From positions 101,928,001 through 101,992,000 of the forward strand of contig OX597819.1 in NCBI GenBank assembly GCA_951406725.2: a DNA stretch of 64,000 bases, in the 5' to 3' direction. Below are positions 53,180 through 64,000 of the stretch, piece by piece (position 1 is the stretch's first letter; each line of letters begins with the position of its first letter). Made by a program: the position numbers and the translations under genes. Source of the stretch: Octopus vulgaris (Eukaryota). The notes under the pieces are model-generated. The model did no database searches. It had not been told where the DNA came from and was given only the letters and a program-made list of their open reading frames with translations.

Positions 53180-54035
53180 TTGGTACAAAGCCAGTAATTT
53201 CGGGTCTAGTGATAAGTCGGAAACATCGACCTCTGTGTCCAGTTGCTACTTATTCTTTTGAGCCCACGAAAGAAATAAAAGGCGAAGTTGAAACCGGCAG
53301 CATTTGAATTCTGAACGTAATGTCGGACGTAGTGCCACTAAGCATTTTGCCAGGTATAGTAACGATTCTGCCAGCTCGTCGGCTTTACATCCATTAATAT
53401 TAAAGGTTAAATCAAGTCAGCGATCTAGCAGAACTGTTAGAACGTTGGGCGAGATGCATTTCATCCGGCCTAACGTTCTAAGTTCGAATTCAACCGGCGC
53501 CGACCTTGTATTTCATCCTTCCGTGCTTGTTAAAATATATACCAATTGATAACTCGGTCGGTGTATTCGACTTCACCGTTCCAATGAAACCGTTTCCCTG
53601 GTGTCAACATTTTTGAAACCAATAAGCAGCATTTCGTCCGTCTTAAATTTCTGAGTTCAAATGCCACCAGCGCTGACTTAACCTGTCATCTTTTGCGGAT
53701 CGATAAAATAAGTATCAGTTGAACATTGGGATCAATGTAATCGATTTACAACCACCACCGAAACTACTGGCATTTTGCCAAAATTTGAAACCAATATTAA
53801 AGTTAAATTAACATACACACCTAGGTTTAAAATTTTTACACAAAGTGAGCAATTTAGGGTAGCTAGGTAATTTGATTTCATCGACCCCAGAGCTCAACTG
53901 GTACTTATTTTATCGACCTGGAAAGGATGAAAGGCAAAGTCGACCTCAGCTTAATTTGGACTCATAACATGAAGTTGGACAAAAGGCTGCTAAGCATTGG
54001 GTCCGGCGTGCTAACGATTCTGCCGACTCGCCGTC
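53180..54035. mobile_element. Cluster of four family B SINE copies (-,+,+,-)
   Basis: Blocks GAGTTCAAAT.CC.CC...TTTCATCC...GATAAAAT and their reverse complements at about 53180-53385 (-), 53420-53620 (+), 53625-53795 (+) and 53830-54035 (-). Confidence 0.72.
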
Positions 54036-54436
54036 TAACCGCTTACATAAACATTAACTGGCTGTACATCATAAACACAAACATAAATTCATATCTGAAA
54101 ATAGTCTTATATGTGCGCGTGAGTGTCTGTGTTTGTATTTGTGTCTCGTTGAGTGTGTTTATGATTTATTTATGTTTCGTTCTCTACTGTATTTCCTTTT
54201 TTTTATTACATCCTGTTGCATCAAAGCCAAATATGAGTAAATATTTACTTATATGTAATATATAGCAGGGAGCTGTCACAATTTGTATTTTAATTTCTGA
54301 ACAGCTAATGGCTATTGATTTTTTATGTTGTTCGTCTTCTTCTTCATATAACCATGTTTTCATAAGTGTATATATGTATGTATGTCTGCATGTACGTATG
54401 TCTGTCTGTCAGTCTGTTTATATGTATGTATATATA

Positions 54437-54472
<36 letters not shown>

Positions 54473-54591
54473 TGTATGTATGTATGTGTGTGTGTATGTA
54501 TGTGTGTATGTATGTACGTAGAAAGACCAGTGTCTAAGAATGGGCATATTATGTAGGTAGGTAAATAGTTACGTATGTACATATGCGTACG

Positions 54592-54631
<40 letters not shown>

Positions 54632-55350
54632 ATATCGTGTGTGGAGAAGAACCATATAGTTACACACCACTCTTACTGACAGAGATATTATTGTACAGAT
54701 AGGTCAAACCTGTTCTTATTTTGATTTGTGGGACTTTGTTGTCTAATTTTCTGCACGTTGTGTCCAGAAAGCATTTTGCCAGATGCGGGTTTAGTTGACT
54801 GCACTTTAGATACATTATTTTTTTTTTTTTTTCATTTTTATCAGAACAAGTAATTATTTGTTAAGTCTTTCAACAATTTCCATGGTACCACTCCCTGCAG
54901 TAAACTTAAGGGTGAAGCTACTGTTGGAAATATATCGAGTTTCTATCACCATAACCACTTAAAATCAATGTTGGATCTTCAAAACTTTAACTTCAAACTA
55001 CTGACAAACGCTAACCTTAGCTGAAGCAGTTGGAGAAACGTACGCGTGTGCAATAATGAAATAACGCCTCTTCGGTCATTTCATCACACAGATGTAGTGT
55101 GCAGTCGCCGACATGGTTGCAAGGCGGAAGTGGAGTCTTGGTCATCTTCGAAAACGAAAATGGGATATACATTAAGCATGATAATCCTCATGAATGTATG
55201 CATATATGAATGTGTGTGTGTTTGTGTGTATGTGTGTGTTTATGTGTCTATATGTGTGCATGTTTGCGTGAGTGTATGTTTGTTCTGATTTTATTTCGTT
55301 AATTCGTTGCTAATAGGGAAAGACCCGCTTTCATATCACATCTCAGCTTG

Positions 55351-55560
55351 AAGGCGGCGAACTAGCAGAAACGTTAACACACCGGGCGAAATGCTTAGCG
55401 GTAGTTCGTCTGCCGCTACGTTCTGAGTTCAAATTCCGCTGACGTCGATTTTGCCTTTCATCTTTTCGGAGTCGATAAATTAAGTACCAGTTACGCCCTG
55501 GGGTCGATGTAATCGACTTAATCCCTTTGTGTGTCCTTGTTTGTCCCATCTATATTTATG
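55351..55560 (+). mobile_element. SINE family B
   Basis: Head GGCGGCGAACTAGCAGAAACGTTA, B-box GAGTTCAAATTCC, and GCCTTTCATC...GTCGATAAATTAAGTACCAG core. Confidence 0.85.
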
Positions 55561-55688
55561 TATACCCCTTCATGTATATGTGCATGTGTGTGTACGTATG
55601 TATGTGTGTATGTGTGTGTGAGTAGGATAACGTGTATGTGTGTGTGTGTGAGTGTATGCATGTATGTATTGCATATTGATGAATAAAT

Positions 55689-55922
55689 ACTCTTTTACTC
55701 TTTTACTCTTTTACTTGTTTCAGTCATTTGACTGCGGCCATGCTGGAGCACCGCCTTTAGTCGAGCAAATCGACCCCGGGACTTATTCTTTGTAAGCCCA
55801 GTACTTATTCTATCGGTCTCTTTTGCACAACCGCTAAGTGACGGGGACGTAAACACACCAGCATCGGTTGTCAAGCAATGCTAGGGGGACAAACACAGAC
55901 ACACAAACACACACACACACAC

Positions 55923-55985
<63 letters not shown>

Positions 55986-56151
55986 TACGACGGGCTTCTT
56001 TCAGTTTCCGTCTACCAAATCCACTCACAAGGCTTTGGTCGGTCCGAGGCTATAGTAGAAGACACTTTCCCAAGGTATCACGCAGTGGGACTGAACCCGG
56101 AACCATGTGGTTGGTAAACAAGCTACTTACCACACAGCCACTCCTGCGCCT
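55689..56151 (-). mobile_element. SINE family A, full length, young
   Basis: Reverse complement of 10831-11256. Confidence 0.92.
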
Positions 56152-56929
56152 ATGTGTATCTTTGCTTGCTTTCCTCATCCACCTTCACTCTCTCTCTTTC
56201 CAAATTTCTCTCTCTTTCTTTTTTCTTAATACCACGCGTGCTCACCTTCTCCTCGCTTACCTACTTCCAGTCTTTCTATTAAATATATTTTCCACCTTTG
56301 TCTGCCAGTCTCTTACTTTCTCTGTCTAGCATTCACTTATTGTCTACCATTAACTCTTCCTCCATCAAATCTCTCTTTCTACTCTTCTGTATTTACTACA
56401 ACCGCCACGTTTCTCCCCCTCTCTCTCTCTCCCGGTTTTTTCTTCCCTTTCCCCCACCTTCCTCTGTCTTCTTCCCAATCTTTCCCACTGTCTCTCATTC
56501 CCAATATAACCTCTCTCTCTTCTTCCTCTCTCCCTCTGTCTCTCACTCTTCATCTCTCTTTCTCCCCCTGTCACCACTTCTCTCTCTCACTCACACACAC
56601 ACGCACACGCACACACACTCACATGGAATTGTGTGATTTAATTCATCTCATCCTATCTCTCTCTTATACTCTCCCTCTCTATCTGCGTCTCCATCTCCGT
56701 GCCGCTCCATCCTTTTCTCTCCCTTTCTTTTTTCCTTTTTCCTAGACTCTTCCTCTCGCTTGTCATATTCTCTAAAAGATGCAGTAGGATTTCCCAGCCA
56801 GGATTAATACTAATTCCTTAACGAGCGTTATAAATCTTGTTGTCGGATAAGTAACGCACTAAATGGCTTTTTTTGTTGTTGCTGTTTTTTTTTTGCAGCA
56901 GCTCACAGAAACCCACATGCACACAAACA

Positions 56930-56976
<47 letters not shown>

Positions 56977-57334
56977 GTACGCACACAGGTGCGCATGATG
57001 ACATTCGCATGCACACGCACGCAAGCACGCATTCATAGCCATAAACGCAAATAGAGAAGTAAGTAACGTTTGGATACATAAAAACACAGACATAATCAAT
57101 CATATAGTTAAGAATGAGTAATAGCATGTGAATGAAATTCGGTAGTCGAAAACTGTACAGAAGCCTACCGTTGAAATGTGTGTGCGTGTATGTGTGAGTC
57201 TGTGTATGATTGTCTGTGTGTGTATGTGTGTGCGTGTGTGTATGATTGTCTGTGTCTATGTCTGTGTTTTTTGCTGTGTTCCTATAGGAGCCTAAACCTA
57301 GTGTTTCGTCAAACAGCGACCGATAGTATTCATT

Positions 57335-57529
57335 TATTCATTTATTCTTTTATTTGTTTCATTCATTTGACTGTGGCCATACTGGAACACTGCTTTATGT
57401 CGGACAAATCAACCCTAGGACTTATTCTTTGTAAGCCTAGTACTTATTCTATCGGTTGCTTTTGCCGAACTGCTACGTTACGGAGACGTAAACACACGAA
57501 CATCTGTTGTAGAGTGATGGTGGGAGGGA

Positions 57530-57563
<34 letters not shown>

Positions 57564-57588
57564 CACACATACACACACACATACACAC

Positions 57589-57631
<43 letters not shown>

Positions 57632-57765
57632 CGACAGACTTCTTCCAGTTTCCGTCCACCAAATCCACTCACAAGTCTTTGGTTGGCTCGAGGCTACAGT
57701 AGAAGGCACTTACCCAAGGTGTCACGCAGTATGACTGAATCCGGAAGGATGTGGTTGGTAAGCAA
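57335..57765 (-). mobile_element. SINE family A
   Basis: Family A blocks on the minus strand. A decayed plus-strand copy lies just left, at about 57125-57330. Confidence 0.85.
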
Positions 57766-58484
57766 ATTAAATTAAATATATGTACAGAGGTCAATGGGAT
57801 GGGCTAGCGAAGCGATGACTAAAACTATTTAAAGAATAAAAGACTACAAAAATAGATATTAGTTCAAAGGATCTTCGGAAAGGGCTCAAAATAATTCTAT
57901 AGATTTATGCTTAGAGCAATAATATAACAAACTGTAATGGTAGTTAAAAGGAATGCTCAGGGGAAAGGAAAGTAATGTCGTATATACAACAAGAAGGTAA
58001 ATATATGAAGATGTGACATATTTTTTCAGGATACAAAACTATGTGTCGAGCGTTAGCTAAAATGTTTGGTGATACCGTCATAATCGGAAAGCAAGAAACA
58101 TTGTAAAAGAAATCGCGGCTTATATACATACCAGTAGATTTCAAGAATTAATAATAGAGGGGAACATATAATGTAGAAAATGGCGAGTAACCAATTCTAA
58201 TTTTTTTCTGTTAATGAAAAAATAAAGTTAAACACGTTTAATAAAACGCGATATTTTATGTGTGTGTGTGTATGTGTACATGCATGCTGTTGGGCACAAA
58301 AGTACAGTGACTAGTAATGCTGGAGTTTCCATGTTTTGTAGCAATACTTGAACTGTCTGAGTTGTCTGAAGAATCTGTTGTTCACTGTCGAAATCTCAGA
58401 TTAACAAGACATTCAACCTCTTCAAATAAACTATTTCTTTCCCTCCTCCCTCACTCTCTCTGAGCCGCCTGTATCGTAAGAAAT

Positions 58485-58613
58485 TTGCCTTCCAACCTCA
58501 CAGCCCCGGGTTCAGTCCGACTGCGTAGCAACTAGGACAACAGTCCTCTACAATAGCATCGGACCGACCAAAGTCATATGAGTGCATTTGGTAGACAGAA
58601 ATTGAAACATATA

Positions 58614-58702
<89 letters not shown>

Positions 58703-58955
58703 ATGTATCTAAGAATGTGGGTGTTTTCGTTTTTATGTTCTTTTACCACAACCGCTTGACAACCAATTATGGTGTATTTACGTTCCTATTGCATTAGCAG
58801 TTCCGCAAAAGAAACGGATAGAATCAGAACGCTGCATTAAAAATGAGTACTGGGGTCGATTAGTTCCACTAAAAATTCCACAAGGCGGTGTCCCAGCATG
58901 GCCGCAGTCTAATGACTGAAAGAAGTGAAAGACTAAAAGAAGAATAAAAGAATAC
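58485..58955 (+). mobile_element. SINE family A, diverged
   Basis: Family A blocks. Followed by a minus-strand head half at about 59017-59160. Confidence 0.8.
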
Positions 58956-60183
58956 GCATACATACATACAAACTAATACACACACACACACACACACATA
59001 TAAATATATATATACAATAGGCTTCTTTCAGTTTCCGTCTACGAAAACCTCTCACAAGGCTTCGATCGGCTCGAGGCTATAGTAAAATATACTTGTCCAA
59101 GGTGTCACGCAGTGGGACTTTACCCGGAACCATGTGGTTACTGAAGCCACTCCTGCACTTATATATATATATATATAAAGAGAGAAGGGGCGAGAAAGAG
59201 AGAGTTACATACATATATTTATGCATATGTATTTACGCACACATGTACATGGATATGTGTGTATGTGTACGTATACGCAGAAATGTATAAAAAAGCAGAA
59301 AACATATGTCATCGTATGCTCTATATAATATACACGTGTTTCGGTATATTACTGCCAGGATTGATTATTGGCTGTTGAGAATTTATACAATCTTGTTAAC
59401 GCACTTTTTCGGTGTTTAAGCATAAAGTGCCACATAGTTTCTTTGTATTTTATTCAGCTTTTACGTGGTTCATATTCCAAACCCTGGTTTATTACGTAGT
59501 TTGTTGCTCTTCGTCGTAACACACTATAGTAGTGAAGTGCGGGATTTACTACAATAGCTGAAATGTGTTTGCGTATAGCACTTTATAGTACATATGTGTA
59601 TGAGTATGTATTCGTGAGTTTGTGTGTGTGTGTGTGTGTACACAAAAGTAAAGATCAGATTATTAGTAATATTAATAATAAACTATAATATTAGCAGCAA
59701 ATCGACAAGGACACATATTTTCTTGCGTGAATATGCATTTATTTTTCTTTGCCTGGGAAACAATAAAATTCATCTGTTATTAATTTGGGGCAAGAAAAAC
59801 TGCTGTAATATATTATATGCGAAATATAAAGTCAACTAATATTCTATGGATAGTCTTGCTAGGATGTAGGGTGGAGCACTACAGGATGCAAGAAACAGTT
59901 GGATATAAATGGATATATTTATAAGCATATATATATTTATATGTATGAATATAGAAATATATATGTACATACATACATATATATATACATGTGTGTGTTT
60001 ATGTGTGTGTATATTCATAAATTAAAACTGTGAAACATAGTGATGAAAAAATGAGATTTAAGATTATATCTTGGCTAAAATAATTGAGTTACGTATTCTT
60101 TTGTTTAAGTCTCAACTTTCATGAGAATGTATGAATAAATAAATATGGTGAAATAAAATATTTAGCCTATTTGTGATTGCTGA

Positions 60184-60186
<3 letters not shown>

Positions 60187-60241
<55 letters not shown>

Positions 60242-60406
60242 GTTGTTGTTGTTGTTGTTGTTGATGTTTTGTTGTTGTTCTTGCTGTTGTTGTTGTTGTC
60301 ATCATATTGTTCTTGCTATTATTCTTGTCGTCGCTGTTGTTTTTCTTGTTGGTGTTTTTGCTTTCGGCGTCGTCGTTGACGTTGCTTTCGCCATTGTTGT
60401 TGTCGC

Positions 60407-60487
<81 letters not shown>

Positions 60488-60545
60488 CATTATTATTATC
60501 ATTATTGTTATGATTATTATTGTTATTATCATCATCATCATTATT
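60187..60545. repeat. (ATT)n/(GTT)n trinucleotide block
   Basis: Read directly from the sequence. Confidence 0.95.
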
Positions 60546-60840
60546 AAGTCAGTGAGCTGGCAGAATTGTTTCCACGTCGAGCAAAATATTTAGTAGCATG
60601 TCTTTCGACTCTTTATTTATGGAGTTCAAATCCCGCTGATGTCGATTTAGCCTTTTACCCTCTCAGGGTCAACAAGATGATTACTAGTTGAGTAATACAT
60701 GCGATCCCCACCTCAGTTTCCTACAATACAAGTGATACAGTATTCTTACATTTGCTATCACTTCAACATCATTCCGACGTTGGATTCGTTAGGTTCGGTG
60801 TATGGAATTTCACCTGTTCCAGAAATTACCTGCTTAAAAT

Positions 60841-60918
60841 TTCATCTGAAGATGGTGAAATTTATGTTTTTATGTAATCAAAAAAATATATATATCTACT
60901 GAAACAGCTATCGTAAAT
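60841..60918 (+). ncRNA. Degenerate minimal hammerhead
   Basis: TTCAT - CTGAAGA - 48 nt - GAAA - CAGCTA (one change from the palindrome CAGCTG) - TC - GTAAAT. Confidence 0.45.
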
Positions 60919-60966
60919 CTTTAGCGCCATTTGAGTTCTCTTCACATATATGTGTGTGTGTGTTTA

Positions 60967-61371
60967 GGATAACCACTAGGTGGATACCCAATATGCTAGA
61001 AGATCACGTACGATCTAACTACAAAGAGATGCAGAATTTAGCGCGCCAGAACATAGACATTTGAAAATAACCCCAATGTAATCGGTGGAGCTAAGCACAT
61101 GTTTTATAAGAACAACTAGTGTTTAGTTTTACAAATTATATTGAATTGGAACGATCGTACTGACGAGTCTGCGGACGAAAAAATTACGTAATTTATCGGT
61201 AATTGACAAAACCGGTCGACGATTAATTTTTGATTTTTATATATATTCATCTGTCTTGCCCGCTTATGTTGTGGTGTTAGCTAAATTTCTCTAGAGAACA
61301 TTCTTTTTTTTGTAGTTAGATTCGTATGTGACCTTCTTCTAGCACATTGGTTATCCACCTAGTGTTTATCC
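60967..61371. mobile_element. Inverted-end element containing a degenerate hammerhead (61154-61223)
   Basis: Arms of about 60 bp (GGATAA.CACTAGGTGGATA.CCAAT...CTAACTACAAA). Internal ATCGTA - CTGACGA - GTC...GAC - AAAA - CCGG - TC - GACGAT. Confidence 0.7.
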
Positions 61372-61488
61372 ATAATATACGCATGTATTGAAATTTTTCT
61401 GATTTTTCAGATTTTTTATATATGCTAGGCTACTGGTTTTAATTTGATATTAATTAAATTAATATTCAATTTATCACCCTCGTAATTT

Positions 61489-61523
<35 letters not shown>

Positions 61524-61797
61524 CCTGATAGACACAGTACGTGTTTTTATATGCTACTAATAGTTTCATATGTTGAGAAATCCTTCAAACATATTCACCA
61601 GGCACAAACCACGAACTAAAATTGAATAAGAGAAGTAGCATATAGAAAATGTAGAAGTTTAAAACAATTTAGTACCGAAAAACACGTATTTTGTCTATTA
61701 AATAATATTTATCTCTTATCAGATGGAGTACTTTTTGTTTATCTTACCATCACGAAGCAGTTGATTACACGCACACACACATAATTATGTATGAATG

Positions 61798-61841
<44 letters not shown>

Positions 61842-62129
61842 TACACACACAGGTATGAGTGAGCAATGAAAATTGTAGCACTCAATATACTTGGTTGGAG
61901 TTACATGTATTAAATACTTTCATTCTCTTCCGGACAATTTCATATTAGGTGAACACGTAGGATACATACACTTCATCGGATGTTCGGGGACAGAGTAGAG
62001 AGTTTCAAAGAAACTTAGACGGACGTTTTGTTGTTGAAGTCTCTGTAGGTCAGTTCAGTTCACGTGATTGTAATGCAATTAACACAACATTTGTTATTTG
62101 CTATAAGTTTGAAGTCCACTTACTGCGCA

Positions 62130-62600
62130 TTAGATGTTGGTAGAGTGTTCAAAGAATATGGTTTAAATATGATTGTTACCACCTACTCGACAAAGGTTGA
62201 ATTCCTAGACGTAACTCGAAACTGCCGGACGAGCAATTTTGATCCCTACAGGAAGTCCAATGACAAGGCAGTTTGTTTATACACAATTTAACCTAGTCAG
62301 ATATAATTCGTAATCTATTTGCTGTTATCAGCAATCTCTCAACGGACACAGAGATCTTCAATAGGACCGTGCCACTATAAAGAAAACCATGCCACTATAA
62401 AGAAGAGTGGTTCTAACGACACAAGTATTGCAGAAGAATCCGAGGGGAATTTCAAAGATTTCCATTCAACCTAGAATTTTTTTACTGATATCGGTAAGAG
62501 CTTGTTAACATTACTTAAAATCTATTTCCTAAGAACTCATAGATATAAACTCTTCAAGTTGCTGAAAGTCAAATTAAGTTACGCTCCAAACATTGTACGG
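62130..62600 (+). pseudogene. Decayed Penelope-like element ORF (RT thumb/linker)
   Basis: VFKEYGL...KVEFLDVT...DPYRKSND, IIRNL...TEIFNR and TDIGKSLLTLLK.YF..THRYKLF...VKLSYAPNI follow the PLE consensus order FLDVTL..PYRKPN / EIFN / TNIGK.FL.L..KHFP..H..KIFN...VK.SYS..PNI. Confidence 0.72.
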
Positions 62601-62697
62601 TGTAGTAGATCTTAAAAATTAATCTTATTTTATGCTAAAAACACCTTTGCAATGGTTTTATGAAGCTACAAGATTTGATAACGTACGATTTCAATTA

Positions 62698-62910
62698 AGG
62701 TGGCGCACTGCCAGAATCGTTAGTACGCCGAGCAAAATGCTTAGCGGCATTTTGACTGTCTTTACGCTCTGATTTGGTACGCCACCGAGGTCGACTTTGC
62801 CTTTCATCCTTCTGGGATTGATATATTGAGTACCAGTTGAGAACTGATGTCGATGTAATCGACTTAAATCTTACACGAATTTGCTGATATTTCGCCAAAA
62901 TTTGAAACCC
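62698..62910 (+). mobile_element. SINE family B
   Basis: Homologous to 55351. Another decayed copy lies at about 60548-60720. Confidence 0.8.
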
Positions 62911-63705
62911 GTATTTGATATTAGTCACTATTAAAGACAATTTCAATTATGATTTATTAAGGGCTGCTCAATATATAGGCAATTATAGTACTGTTATTTC
63001 TATCAAATGTAGTGGCCTGCGAGAAATAGCGGTCATATCTCTCTCAAATCGTTCCCTATAATCTTGACGAAATTCATTACGCATTGGGTTACATATTAGA
63101 TAATCTTTATACGGACATAATAATGAAAAGTCGAGATGAAGATGGTTATACCACTTTTAAACCTAGTCTGCTTGATCAGGATTAACCTGAAGCTGAACGA
63201 TAAATACAACGACGATCAAAAGCAAATTTTATTTAAACGGCAGCGATATATCAAAAAATATTGAAAAGAAAAGAAAATATGATTTTTAGATTCCGCATGT
63301 ACGTCGGTGCCTGTATGTGTGTGTGTGTGCGAATGTGATTTTTCTGTATGGCTTTGTCTTTTGCCTGTTTCAATCTTTTCAGTTTTGTGTAAATGGAAAA
63401 AAAGATGGCCGAGATGATAAAACAAAACAATTTAGATTGTAACAAAATGGCGTCATCATTGTTGTCATGAATGAAATGAAAAGAAAACATTTAAATTTAT
63501 GTAAAATAATGTTTTAAATATAAATCAACAATTTCATACACACACATTTATATACGCATATGCTATCATAATGCTTCCATTTACATTTATACATATAAAT
63601 GTATACATATGTATTTTTTATATACATATATATATATATACATATGTATTAAAATATACATATATATGTATTCATGTATAATTTATACATAATATACACT
63701 TGGGC

Positions 63706-63783
<78 letters not shown>

Positions 63784-64000
63784 TACATACGCATAAATAT
63801 GTGGACATATATGTGTGTGTATGTATAAATAAACCTACATACCAACATATCTATATATATATTTATACATGTATATACACAGATAATTATATAGACACAC
63901 ACATATATATATAAACAATGTTTCATAAACATTCAATCCTCACCACCCACGAATTTGTATACATACTTACATGCATATATTTGCATATATGTGTGTGCGT

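Noticed and set aside
58361-59415. HHR-like traces at 58361-58407 (+) and about 59331-59412 (-)
   Set aside because: Helix III looks right (TCTCAGA, CACGTG), but helix II or the core is too decayed to call.

Overview
AT-rich, repeat-saturated eukaryotic DNA. The SINE families and microsatellite load suggest a cephalopod, probably Octopus (inference from recognition, not a search). I find no credible host protein-coding gene. Almost all ORFs in the track are translations of (TA)n, (CA)n, (TATG)n, (GATA)n and (AAT)n tracts. The rest are decayed transposon ORFs: Tc1, mariner, Tigger/pogo, hAT, CR1-group, RTE and Penelope-like. There are about 20 tRNA-derived SINE copies or fragments from several families. 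The main hidden signal is a dense set of minimal type I hammerhead ribozyme (HHR) motifs: helix I - CUGANGA - helix II - GAAA - palindromic mini helix III - UH - helix I'. They occur in about ten unrelated short elements, mostly embedded in or next to (TA)n tracts. Several elements are fold-back hairpins carrying a sense and an antisense HHR. One is an inverted-plus-tandem 482-bp unit with three HHR copies. Decayed Penelope-like RT coding remnants in the same window support the reading that these are Penelope-like pseudo-LTRs or retrozyme-like units. All folds were paired by eye, and boundaries of decayed elements are approximate.
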